Shown here in pieces: positions 19,048 to 28,674 of a DNA stretch of 64,000 nt. A program made the translations under genes and the position numbers. How positions within the stretch are numbered: the first letter of the stretch is position 1; each line of letters begins with the position of its first letter. Origin of the DNA: a bacterium (GTDB lineage Bacteria; UBA8248; JACPRG01; G963555815); contig OZ244653.1 of the NCBI GenBank assembly GCA_965218795.1, positions 1,600,001 through 1,664,000 of the forward strand, written 5' to 3'. Below the pieces are notes generated by a model. It saw only the letters and a program-made list of their open reading frames with translations, did no database searches and was not told the origin of the DNA.

Positions 19048-21345
19048 ATGTCCGACGTTCCATACATCGGCGAAAACGTTGTCCGCGAGGACGGATGGGA
19101 GAAGAGCACCGGTTCGGCGCGATACGCCACGGACGTTCGCCTTGAAGATGCGCTCACTGTCAAAATTTTGAGAAGTCCCCGTCCGCACGCCCGCATCCGC
19201 TCTTTGGACGTCGCGTCCGCCCAACAGGTCGGCGGGGTGGAGGCCGTTGTCACGGGACAGGATTATCCGGACATCTTCTGGGGCACGTTCCTCCGGGACC
19301 AGAACGTCTTCGCCGTCGACAAGGTGCGCTTTGCCGGTCAGCCGGTGGCCGCCGTCGCCGGAGGAGACCCGGACGCTCTGGCGGAGGCCCTGGAGCGCAT
19401 TGCGATCGACTACGAGGACCTCCCCGCCGTGTTCGACGCCCGCGAGGCCATGGAGCCCGGCGCCCCCATCCTCCACGAGCGGCTGGGCGACTACCAGCGA
19501 AACGAAGCGTTCGTTTTTCCCAAACCGGACACGAACATTTGCAACCACTTTCGGTTGCACAAGGGAGACGTTGAAGAGGGATTCCGGAAAGCGGAGCTCC
19601 TCTTCGAAGACGCCTACGAAGTTCCGATGGTGCAACATTGCCCGATGGAGCCTCACACCTGCACCGCCCTGTATGAACCCGGCGGAAGGCTGAACCTCTG
19701 GGCGTCGACGCAGGGTCCGCACCTCGTGCGCAGGCAGGTGGCCGAGGCGTTGGGATTCGAGCTTTCCCGGGTCCGGGTCGTGGCGCCTTATTGCGGGGGC
19801 GGATTCGGAGGCAAGATCAGCGCCATCGCCGAGCTCCTGGCCTCCGCGGTCGCCCTCAAGCTGCCCGGCCGGCCCGTTCAATTGATCTTCGATCGGGAGG
19901 AGGAGTTCGGGGGTTCCTTCGTCCGGCAGGCGTTCCTGTGCGAATACAAAACCGGGGTCCTGAAGGATGGGACCCTCGTCGCGCGGCAGGTGAAGCTGAT
20001 CTGGGACGCGGGGGCGTTCGGAGATTATGAGGCCTCGATCTGCCGAACGGCCGGTTCCAATGCCGCCGGACCCTATCGCATCCCGAATGTCCGGATCGAC
20101 TCTTACTGTGTCTATACCAACAAGCCGGTGGCCGGCGCGTTTCGTGGCTTCGGCGTCTCGGAGGTCTGCTTCGGCTACGAGCAGCAACTCGACCGGATCG
20201 CCTCGGAGATCGGCATCGATCCCCTCGAAATAAGGCTCAGGAACGGATTTCAGGAGGGGGAGGAGCACGCGATGGGGCAACCGCTCGTCGGTGTCGGGCT
20301 GGCGGAATGCCTCGAGAAGGTCCGCGAGGCGCTCGGGCCATTGGAGCCCCTCCCTTCCGCGGATGGCGGGAAAACCCTGCGCGGCCGCGGGATCGCCTGC
20401 ATGAGCAAGACCACCGCCGGTGCAGCCTTTGCGGACGCCGAAATCGAGATTCAACGGGACGGCTCCATTCTCCTGCGAACGAGCGCGGTGGAGCACGGAC
20501 AGGGTTCCCACACGATCCTCCGGCAGATGGCCGCCGCCGAGATGGGCTGTGAGATCTCTTCGGTTGCCGTCGCGTCCATCGACACCGATTCCAGCCCGCC
20601 GACCTCCCAAACCTCGGCCAGCAAGACCACCTTTTTCGACGGCAACGCCGTCCGGCTGGCGGCCGCGGACGCCCGGCGGCGGATTCTCGACAAAGCCTCT
20701 GAAGCGCTGGAAGCCGATCCCGCGGATCTGTCCGTCGAAAAAGGGAGGATCTTCTCCAGAGGGGCCCCTGAGCGGAGCATCTCCATCGCCGCAATCGCAG
20801 AGGGGGCGGAAACCATCCGGGGGCGAGGGTCGTTCAGGCTGGAGGACGCCACCGGAATGGACCCGGAGACCGGCCAGGGAAAGCGTCCGGCCGCTTATCT
20901 GATGTTCGCCGCGCAAGGGGCCGAAGTCGAGGTCGATGTGGAGACCGGCCGGTTCAGAGTCTTGAGGCTCGTGGCCGCGCACGACGTAGGCCAGGCCATC
21001 CACAGGCAGGCGTGCGAAGGGCAGATTGAAGGAGCCCTAGTGCAGGGTCTCGGCACAGCGATGTTCGAGGAGCTCCAGTGCGAACAGGGCGTTCTCACGA
21101 ACGGCAACCTGGGCGATTACAAAATTCCCTGCGCCCTGGACGCCCCGCCACTGGTCCCGATCATTGTCGAGGAACCGATCCCGGACGGTCCCTGGGGGGC
21201 GAAGGGAATCGGCGAACCGGGGCTCGTCCCGACGGCGCCGGCCATCGGCAACGCCTTGTTCGCTGCCCTCGGCCGGCCGATCAAGCGCCTGCCGTTCACG
21301 CCGGATAAGATTCTTTCGGCGCTGGGCGACCCCCTGAAAGCCTGA
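19048..21345 (+). CDS. Xanthine dehydrogenase/CoxL-family molybdopterin-binding subunit
   Basis: RSPRPHARI, QHCPMEPH, GGGFGGK, AFRGFG, EHGQG, GQIEG, KGIGEPG. Confidence 0.92.
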   Translation: MSDVPYIGENVVREDGWEKSTGSARYATDVRLEDALTVKILRSPRPHARIRSLDVASAQQVGGVEAVVTGQDYPDIFWGTFLRDQNVFAVDKVRFAGQPVAAVAGGDPDALAEALERIAIDYEDLPAVFDAREAMEPGAPILHERLGDYQRNEAFVFPKPDTNICNHFRLHKGDVEEGFRKAELLFEDAYEVPMVQHCPMEPHTCTALYEPGGRLNLWASTQGPHLVRRQVAEALGFELSRVRVVAPYCGGGFGGKISAIAELLASAVALKLPGRPVQLIFDREEEFGGSFVRQAFLCEYKTGVLKDGTLVARQVKLIWDAGAFGDYEASICRTAGSNAAGPYRIPNVRIDSYCVYTNKPVAGAFRGFGVSEVCFGYEQQLDRIASEIGIDPLEIRLRNGFQEGEEHAMGQPLVGVGLAECLEKVREALGPLEPLPSADGGKTLRGRGIACMSKTTAGAAFADAEIEIQRDGSILLRTSAVEHGQGSHTILRQMAAAEMGCEISSVAVASIDTDSSPPTSQTSASKTTFFDGNAVRLAAADARRRILDKASEALEADPADLSVEKGRIFSRGAPERSISIAAIAEGAETIRGRGSFRLEDATGMDPETGQGKRPAAYLMFAAQGAEVEVDVETGRFRVLRLVAAHDVGQAIHRQACEGQIEGALVQGLGTAMFEELQCEQGVLTNGNLGDYKIPCALDAPPLVPIIVEEPIPDGPWGAKGIGEPGLVPTAPAIGNALFAALGRPIKRLPFTPDKILSALGDPLKA

Positions 21346-21402
21346 ACCCGATCCCGGCCCCCCCGCGCGGGCGCCGGGAACCCATCAGAGGGCGATTCCG
21401 TC

Positions 21403-22191
21403 ATGCCCAAGGTTTCGGTCAACGGCATCGAGGTTTATTACGAGGTCCAAGGCGAAGGCGCGCCGGTCATGCTGATCATGGGGCTGAGCGGCGTCGGTGC
21501 GGCGTGGGGGGAACAGATTCAGCGGTTCGCCGAGGACTTCCGGGTCATCGTACCGGATCACAGAGGAACCGGCCGGACCAGCAAACCGGAGGAAGGCTAT
21601 ACCATCGAGCAGCACGCTTCGGACATGGCCGAAACCCTTCGCGCCATCGGGCAGTCGCCCGCGCACGTCGTGGGCACCTCAACAGGCGGAGCGATCGCGC
21701 AGGTGATAGCGCTGGACTACCCGGACGTCGTCCGATCGGCCGTCCTCTCTTCCACGTGGGCGAAGACCGACGCATACTACGGACGCGCGCTCGAGATCAG
21801 AAAACGGGCGCTCGAGGAATCCGGTGATCGGGCCTACACCGAAGTGTCCGCTCTCTATTTCTGGTCCGCGAGGTATATCCGGGAAAACCCGGCGGTGGTC
21901 GCCCAATGGGTTGAAGATCGCGTGCGGAACCCCGCCGACCCGGCCATCCTGGCCAAGCGAATCGACATGCTCAGCCGGCACGATGCGCTCCACCGGCTGG
22001 GCGAGGTTCGCAAGCCGGTCCTCGTCATCTCAGGTGAAGACGACACGTGCATGCCCCCCTACTTCTCCGAGGAATTAGCGAATGGAATCCCCGACGCGGA
22101 GCTGGCCATGCTGAGCGGCGGTCACCTTCTGTTCAACGAATCGCCGGAGGCCTTCCACGCGCGTGTGAGAGAGTTCCTGATTCAGCATTGA
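21403..22191 (+). CDS. Alpha/beta hydrolase (RutD/enol-lactonase-like)
   Basis: PDHRGTGRT, VGTSTGG, GGHLL..E. Confidence 0.85.
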   Translation: MPKVSVNGIEVYYEVQGEGAPVMLIMGLSGVGAAWGEQIQRFAEDFRVIVPDHRGTGRTSKPEEGYTIEQHASDMAETLRAIGQSPAHVVGTSTGGAIAQVIALDYPDVVRSAVLSSTWAKTDAYYGRALEIRKRALEESGDRAYTEVSALYFWSARYIRENPAVVAQWVEDRVRNPADPAILAKRIDMLSRHDALHRLGEVRKPVLVISGEDDTCMPPYFSEELANGIPDAELAMLSGGHLLFNESPEAFHARVREFLIQH

Positions 22192-22219
22192 ACGGAGGCG
22201 GCCGCTTTTCGCAACCGCC

Positions 22220-23026
22220 TCAGAGGGTGCTGATTTCATCGGCCCGTTTGTCCGTGATGAAACAGCAAGCCGAGTAGTGGGAAATCATGAAATCGGTCTT
22301 CGACTCCAGGGCGACGGCCTGAGGCGTACACCCGCAGGCCCAGAAGACGGGGACATCGGACGAGTCATCCATGTTACGGTCAATGTGGTATTTGGCATCG
22401 TTGAGATCCGCGCCTCCATCGACGCCCAGCTCGCGCGGATCGCCGATATGCACCGGAGCGCCGTGGGCGAACGGATATCGTGAGGTGATCTGAACGACCC
22501 GCACCAGGTTTTCCGGGGGAACCATTCTCATGGTGACCAACAAGGGGCCCGCAAAACGGCCCGCGGAAACACATGGAACCTTCGTCGAATACAGGGAGCT
22601 TGGTTTCAGAGGAATACCGGCTTTTCGCATCGCCCCCGCATAAGAAAAACTGCACCCGATAAGAAATCCCACCAGGTCATCCCGCCAGTAGCCGGTGATG
22701 TCCGTCACATCATCGATGCGCTCTCCTTTTTGGTACACGCTGTATTTGGGCAGGTCCGTGCGCAGATCGGCGCCGGGGGCCATGGATTTCAGGATGGGAG
22801 ACCCGACGTCGGTCACCTCGATGACGGGACAGGGCTTCGGGTTTCGCTGGCAGAAAAGAAGGAAGTCGAACACATCCCGGCGCGGAAGAATGACCAGATT
22901 GGCCTGGACGTAGCCTCCCGCCAAACCCTCCGTTCTATCCGTCCACAACCCCTTCCGGATGAGGCCCCGAATCTCTCCGGGGGGAAGTCCCGCAATATCC
23001 CTTTTCTCAAGCGTCGCCGTCGCCAT
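22220..23026 (-). CDS. DUF1445 / D-glutamate cyclase-family putative hydro-lyase
   Basis: GYVQANLVILP, FCQRNPKPCPVI, DLRTDLPKY, GCSFS, HGAPVHIGDP, PVFWACG.TPQ. Alternative start at 23086. Confidence 0.9.
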   Translation of the reverse strand: MATATLEKRDIAGLPPGEIRGLIRKGLWTDRTEGLAGGYVQANLVILPRRDVFDFLLFCQRNPKPCPVIEVTDVGSPILKSMAPGADLRTDLPKYSVYQKGERIDDVTDITGYWRDDLVGFLIGCSFSYAGAMRKAGIPLKPSSLYSTKVPCVSAGRFAGPLLVTMRMVPPENLVRVVQITSRYPFAHGAPVHIGDPRELGVDGGADLNDAKYHIDRNMDDSSDVPVFWACGCTPQAVALESKTDFMISHYSACCFITDKRADEISTL

Positions 23027-23119
23027 TTCCCGATCCCCTTGATCCATGGGTTTCGTAAGACTCGAATCGGATTCGGATTTCGTCATGGTTTGATTCTACC
23101 CCGTTTCCGGTTCGTGCGT

Positions 23120-25279
23120 TCATTCATCCCGGAGACCCGGCGCCCCTCGGGGGACAACCAGAGCGTCCACCGCAATGACCCCGCGTCCCTCCGGCGCCAC
23201 TATGAGCGGGTTGATGTCCAGTTCATGAAGCGCCTCGCCATACATGCACCCGATTTCAGACAGCGTGATGAGGGCTTGAATCACAGAACCACGGTCGTAG
23301 GGACCGCTGCCCCGAAAACTTCCCAGCACGTTTGTGCCCCTCAACTCATCCAGCATCTCTTCCGCGTCGAGCTCCGTGATCGGAAGCAGCCTCAGGGAAA
23401 CATCCTCCACGACCTCGGCCAGCACGCCCCCCATGCCGACGAGAATCGCCTTGCCGAACTGGGGGTCCGTCCCCAACCCGACAATGAGCTCCACCCCGGC
23501 CGGGACCTGCTCCTGCACCAGGACGCCGTTGACCCGCGCATCGGGTTTGAACCGGCGGACGGCGTCCAGAATCTCCCGATACGCCAACCGGACTTCATCT
23601 TCTGTCTTCAGCCCCAGCCGCACGGCGCCGGCCTCAGTCTTATGAGGGAGGTCGGGCGAGTCCGCTTTCAGAACCACGGGAAAACCCAGGCCCGCCGCAA
23701 TCCGGACGGCATCCTCCCCGGATTCCGCAACCCCTTCCCGGGTGACGGGTATACCGCACCGCCGCAGGACTTCCTTGCTCTCTCTCTCCGACAGGGGACC
23801 CGTTGCGTCCCGGAGCCGGGAGACCACGTCGGGTTCCGGATGGGCAGGCGGCCGCGAATCGGGAGTCTCCCGTCTCCCGGCCCTCTCGGCGAACCGGATT
23901 GCGTTGTGCACGGCCCGAAGGCTCGGCGCCAGTCCGAGCAAAAGGGGGACGCCCCCTTCCCCGAGGGTCCGCTGCATGTCCGGATCCATGGCCCCGCCGA
24001 ACTGCGTGAACTGGACGACCGGCTTGTCGGTGGACCGGGACACCCGGACGACGGACTCACAGATCCGATGGTAATTCTTTTTGGACCGGGGGCCGAGCCC
24101 GGACAGCACGTCGTGCAGCACGGCGATGGAATAGATCCCGGGATCTTCGGCAAGGGCGCGAAGGGATTCCTCATAGAGGTCCTCGTGGTAAACGCCGACA
24201 CCGGTGATATCGAGCGGGTTCGAGGCGGTTCCGAATTCAGGAAGGATGCCGGACAGGCGGCGAGAGGTCGCCGGAGTGAGGTCCGGCAGGTTCAATCCGA
24301 GGTCTTCCGCGAAATCGCAGACGAGCGCGGACTGGCCGCCGGAGAGGGTGGCAACGCCCAGTCCGCTTCCCGCGGGGGACCGTCCCTGGGAAAGGAACCC
24401 GAGCGTGGCCAACTGCTCGTCCAGGTCGGAAACCTGAATGACCCCCTTCTGCGCGAAGAGTCCCCGGTAGACCCGCTCCGTTCCGGCAAGCGCCCCTGTG
24501 TGGGCCAAAGAGGCGCGCCTTCCCGTCTCGGACCTGCCCGCCTTCAAGGCGACCACCGGCTTCCCCGCCTCCTTCGCATGATCCAGGGCCTCCAGGAACC
24601 GTTTCGGGTTCCGCACTCCCTCGAGAAACAGGGCGATGCAGGTCGTCTGCGGGTCGTCCACGAGATAGCAAAGGTATTCGCCGCAGGTGACATCCGCTTC
24701 ATTGCCGGCCGAGATGATATGGCTGAACCCCAGATCGGACCGCGCGTTGATCCATCCGATGCTGATCGTCCCGCTTTGGGCAATCGCTCCGATCCCTCCC
24801 GCCTTCGGCATTTCTTGCAGGGAAGCGCTGAACGCCGCCATTCCCCCATTGACGTTGATGAGGCCCAGGCAGTTGGGGCCGCACACGCGGATCCCCAAAT
24901 CCCCGGCAATCGACGCCGCCTCCGTTTCAAGGGCTTCGCCCGAGGGTCCCGCCTCCCGGAAACCCGCGGACAGAAGGATGGCCGAACCGACCCGGCCCGG
25001 CGGGATCTTCCGGAGGGCCGGCACCACCGCGTCAGCCGGAATGGCCAGAACGGCGAGATCGACCGGTTGCGGAATTCTCGAAAGGTCGGGAAAGCACGGC
25101 AAGTCCGATACCGACTCGTACTTGGGGTTGACGGGGAAGACGGGACCTCTGAACCCGACCGTGCGAAGGTTGTCAAGGACGGTTTTCCCCGTACCCGGCT
25201 GTCCACTCGCTCCCACGACTGCCACCGACCGGGGATTCATGAGCGGCTGAAGTCCGGACATTCCCCGTTGACCTCTCAT
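23120..25279 (-). CDS. ADP-forming acyl-CoA synthetase (acetate--CoA ligase family, fused alpha/beta)
   Basis: PRSVAVVGAS, GPNCLG, AQSGT, SHTG-like AHTGALAG, NPLD, HKTEAGAV ATP-grasp, ELDINPL. Confidence 0.9.
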   Translation of the reverse strand: MRGQRGMSGLQPLMNPRSVAVVGASGQPGTGKTVLDNLRTVGFRGPVFPVNPKYESVSDLPCFPDLSRIPQPVDLAVLAIPADAVVPALRKIPPGRVGSAILLSAGFREAGPSGEALETEAASIAGDLGIRVCGPNCLGLINVNGGMAAFSASLQEMPKAGGIGAIAQSGTISIGWINARSDLGFSHIISAGNEADVTCGEYLCYLVDDPQTTCIALFLEGVRNPKRFLEALDHAKEAGKPVVALKAGRSETGRRASLAHTGALAGTERVYRGLFAQKGVIQVSDLDEQLATLGFLSQGRSPAGSGLGVATLSGGQSALVCDFAEDLGLNLPDLTPATSRRLSGILPEFGTASNPLDITGVGVYHEDLYEESLRALAEDPGIYSIAVLHDVLSGLGPRSKKNYHRICESVVRVSRSTDKPVVQFTQFGGAMDPDMQRTLGEGGVPLLLGLAPSLRAVHNAIRFAERAGRRETPDSRPPAHPEPDVVSRLRDATGPLSERESKEVLRRCGIPVTREGVAESGEDAVRIAAGLGFPVVLKADSPDLPHKTEAGAVRLGLKTEDEVRLAYREILDAVRRFKPDARVNGVLVQEQVPAGVELIVGLGTDPQFGKAILVGMGGVLAEVVEDVSLRLLPITELDAEEMLDELRGTNVLGSFRGSGPYDRGSVIQALITLSEIGCMYGEALHELDINPLIVAPEGRGVIAVDALVVPRGAPGLRDE

Positions 25280-25421
25280 CGAGCGGTAGCCGACCGCCCT
25301 TACCAGGACCCCAACGATCCATGCCGGATCAGGGGAGGCATTCTAAAAAAACCGCACCCTGTACGCCTCGAGAACCTTGTCCCGTGCGAACATGTCTCCG
25401 CAATTGTCCGCCGGACCGGGG

Positions 25422-26411
25422 CTAACGAAACCGCGGGAAGATCTTTTCGCCGTACGTGCGGATGAGTTGTATCGAGCTCGCCGTAATGGGGAGGACGAAC
25501 ACTTCATCCAACCCCTGTTCCCGCAACATCAGGAGTTTGTCCAGGCACTCCTCGGCGTCCCCGGCCAGGGCGAAGCGATCGATCCATTCATCCTTGACCC
25601 GAGCGGAATGGGAGGCTCCGGCCTGAAGGTGACCCGAAAGGGAATACGCGGCTCGAAACGACCGGACCTCCTCTTCGGTGAACCCGCTCAGCGACCTCGG
25701 CAGCGGGGCCAGCACCCGGCGCGCCACGTAGGACTTGACGTTTTCCCGCGCGCTTTTCCGATCGTGAGAAATATCGCATCCGACGTGCAACACGATCTCC
25801 ACGTCGCCCGGGTTTCGGCCCGACGCCTCCGCACCTTGTCTCACGGAATCCTTCACGTATTGGAGTATCTCCGGCGCAACACCGGTGGACGCGATGGCCC
25901 CGTCGGCGCACCGACCCGCCGCGCGCAGCATTTTCGGACCGTTGGCCGCCAGGTAGATGGGGATATCCCGCCCTTGATGGTAGACGAATCGGTCAATTTC
26001 TTCCCCCTCGAACGTCCCGTCCTCTCCCGAGAGGAGAGAGCGAACGCAACGGACCGCCTCTTCGCATTTCTTGGCCGGGAGAGGCGACCGGTGAAGGTAT
26101 CCCACCGACGTATCCCCCGCGCCCATACCCAGCAGGATCCGGCCCGGCCAAGTCTCATCCAGCGTGGCAACGGACCGCGCGGTGACGGACAGATGCCGCG
26201 TAACCGCGTTCGTCACGCCGGTTCCAAGCCCGATCCGCCCGGTTCGCTCGGCGCACAGCGTCAGCGTGACGTAGACGTCCCGAAACAGGCCCTGTGAATC
26301 GATGATCCAGGCACGGTCAAATCCCGCCGCTTCCGCTTCCTGAACCGCCTCAACCACCTTGCGGGCGGATATCTTGCTCTCCGCGGGAAAGATCCCGATG
26401 CCGAATCGCAT
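25422..26411 (-). CDS. LLM class oxidoreductase (Mer/F420-dependent-like)
   Basis: AEAAGFDRAWIIDSQ..RDVYV, LGTGVTN..TRH, PIYLAANGPKML. Confidence 0.88.
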   Translation of the reverse strand: MRFGIGIFPAESKISARKVVEAVQEAEAAGFDRAWIIDSQGLFRDVYVTLTLCAERTGRIGLGTGVTNAVTRHLSVTARSVATLDETWPGRILLGMGAGDTSVGYLHRSPLPAKKCEEAVRCVRSLLSGEDGTFEGEEIDRFVYHQGRDIPIYLAANGPKMLRAAGRCADGAIASTGVAPEILQYVKDSVRQGAEASGRNPGDVEIVLHVGCDISHDRKSARENVKSYVARRVLAPLPRSLSGFTEEEVRSFRAAYSLSGHLQAGASHSARVKDEWIDRFALAGDAEECLDKLLMLREQGLDEVFVLPITASSIQLIRTYGEKIFPRFR

Positions 26412-26577
26412 ATGCGACCGCCTTTATTCTTCTGAGGATATGAAAACACGGGCGAAAAATTGAACCCGGGCCCCTTTACTTCCCGGACGGGTTCCGCACG
26501 TTGGCCGGGATAGTTTAAGCTAGCTCCGCACCCAGGGTCCATGAAAGCATTCAAAACCCGTCGGGAGGAAAAAACCT

Positions 26578-28674
26578 TTGGCGGATTCCGTTCGGATAGG
26601 CGTGGATGTGGGCGGGACCTTCACCGATGTCGTGGTCGTCCGGGACAGGACCGGCGAGGTCGTCTCGCTGAAGGTGCCCAGCTCGCCGGAGGACCTGCTC
26701 CGGGGAATCTTCGCCGGACTGGAGAAGGCTGCGGCTTCGTTTGGAATGGGGCCCACACAGTTCCTCGGGGAAACCGCGTCATTTGTTCACGGAACCACGG
26801 TATGCACCAATCTCATGGTCCAGCGCAAAGGCGCCCGGGTCGGACTCCTGACCACCGAAGGCTTCCGGGATTCCCTGGCCATCCGCCGGGGGATGCGCAA
26901 ATCCATATGGGACATGAAGGCCCCTTCCCCCCCGGCGCTCGTCCCCCGGAATTTGCGGCTCGAGGTCCGGGAGAGGATGACCCCGGAGGGAGAGCCCACC
27001 GTCCCTCTGGACACGAAGAGCGTCCAGGCCGCGCTCGAAATCTTCGAGCGGGAAGGCGTGGAGGCCATCGCCGTCTGCCTGTTCAACGCATACGCCAACG
27101 GGGGCCATGAGGAGATCATTCGGGAAGCCGCCGTGGAGGCTTTCCCCGACATTCCCGTTCTCATCTCCTCTGAAGTCCTCCCGGTGATGGGGGAGTATGA
27201 GCGCGTTTCGACGACCGTTATCAACGCTTACGTCGCTCCCGGCGCGGCTTCCTATCTGGATGCGTTCAACGAAGCCCTTCAAGCGAAAGGATTGAAGGTC
27301 CCGCCGCAGATCATGCATGGAAACGGCGGGGTCACCGACATCCCGAGCAGTGTTCTGAAACCGGGCTCGCTGATTCTGTCCGGCCCGGCCGCCGTGGCGG
27401 CGGCGGCGCTGTGGGCGGGAGAAGTTCTCGGCGCGCCGAACCTCATCGTATTCGATATGGGGGGCACAAGCTGCGACGTCTCGGTCGTGGCGGACGGGCG
27501 AATCTCCCTGTTCGATGGGATGGAGATCGAAGGCTACCACCTTGCGGCGCCGTCGCTGGAAATCCACACGATCGGGACAGGCGGCGGTACCATCGCAAGC
27601 GTTGATCCGGGGGGGATGCTTCGCGTCGGGCCTCAAGGGGCCGGGGCCGATCCCGGACCGGCAGCCTACGGCCGGGGCGGGGAACAGCCCACGGTGACGG
27701 ACGCCCATCTGATACTGGGCCGATTGGAGGGCGATAATCTTTCCGAAAGCGGGATATCGCTCGACCGGGATAAGGCGGAATCGGCCGTTCGATCCAAAAT
27801 CGCCGAGCCTCTCGGGATTTCAACGCCCGAAGCCGCGATGGCCATCGTCAGGGTCGCCAATCAAAACATGATCGGCGCCATCGAGTTGATGAGCGTTCAA
27901 AAGGGGCGAGACCCGCGTCATTTCACCCTGATTGCCGCCGGGGGCGCGGGTCCTTTGCATGCCTGCGCGATGGCGAGAGCCTTGGGGGTCTCGGGCGTCT
28001 TCGTACCCCGTCACGCCGCCGTCTTCAGCGCCCTGGGCCTTCTCCATGCCGACCTGAGAAGGGACTACGTCCAGAATTTCCACGGTGAAATGAGGGACAT
28101 CCCTCTGGAGAAACTCAGGGCGGCCTTCGGGGGGATCCGCGATACCGCCGCCAGGGACATCGAACGCACGGGCGTTTCCCGCGATCGTATCCGGATGATT
28201 TTTCAGGCGGACCTGCGCTACGAGGGGCAGCATTGGGACATCCCCGTCGACATTCCGGATCTCGATCATCCCCGGACCTTGGAGAATCTCTCGGCCGGCT
28301 TCCATGCTCGACATGAAATTCTTTACGGCCACCGGGACCCGGAAAGCGGTATCGAGTTTTCCAACCTCAGGCTGGCCGCCATTGTTCCGACCCCTCCCGT
28401 ATCTCTCGGCGGACGGAAGCCGCCGGACTCATCCGGCGCGGCTCCCCCCGTCGGAAGCCGGGAGGTCTTCCTGGACGGGCATGCGCCTCCGGTTCAGGTT
28501 CCCGTGTTCCGCGGGCGCTCACTCCCGGAGGGTTTCCAAACGCCCGGCCCGGCCCTGATAGAGGAAACCGATACGGTGGTATGGTTGGAGGCGGGGGATT
28601 CCCTCGAAGTGGACGCCGACGGCAACTATCACATTCGCATCGGCGCGGCCGCCGAAACGGACAAACCGCGATGA
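26578..28674 (+). CDS. Hydantoinase A / 5-oxoprolinase ATP-binding subunit
   Basis: GVDVGGTFTD, HGTTV.TN, EYER.STT..NAYV, SGPAA, DMGGTSCD, GPAAYGRGG..PTVTDA. Confidence 0.93.
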   Translation: MADSVRIGVDVGGTFTDVVVVRDRTGEVVSLKVPSSPEDLLRGIFAGLEKAAASFGMGPTQFLGETASFVHGTTVCTNLMVQRKGARVGLLTTEGFRDSLAIRRGMRKSIWDMKAPSPPALVPRNLRLEVRERMTPEGEPTVPLDTKSVQAALEIFEREGVEAIAVCLFNAYANGGHEEIIREAAVEAFPDIPVLISSEVLPVMGEYERVSTTVINAYVAPGAASYLDAFNEALQAKGLKVPPQIMHGNGGVTDIPSSVLKPGSLILSGPAAVAAAALWAGEVLGAPNLIVFDMGGTSCDVSVVADGRISLFDGMEIEGYHLAAPSLEIHTIGTGGGTIASVDPGGMLRVGPQGAGADPGPAAYGRGGEQPTVTDAHLILGRLEGDNLSESGISLDRDKAESAVRSKIAEPLGISTPEAAMAIVRVANQNMIGAIELMSVQKGRDPRHFTLIAAGGAGPLHACAMARALGVSGVFVPRHAAVFSALGLLHADLRRDYVQNFHGEMRDIPLEKLRAAFGGIRDTAARDIERTGVSRDRIRMIFQADLRYEGQHWDIPVDIPDLDHPRTLENLSAGFHARHEILYGHRDPESGIEFSNLRLAAIVPTPPVSLGGRKPPDSSGAAPPVGSREVFLDGHAPPVQVPVFRGRSLPEGFQTPGPALIEETDTVVWLEAGDSLEVDADGNYHIRIGAAAETDKPR

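Noticed and set aside
22730-25465. 911-aa plus-strand ORF and similar long antisense ORFs (e.g. 18976-21003, 11833-13374, 47558-49261)
   Set aside because: Shadow frames of well-supported genes on the opposite strand in high-GC DNA; no motifs.
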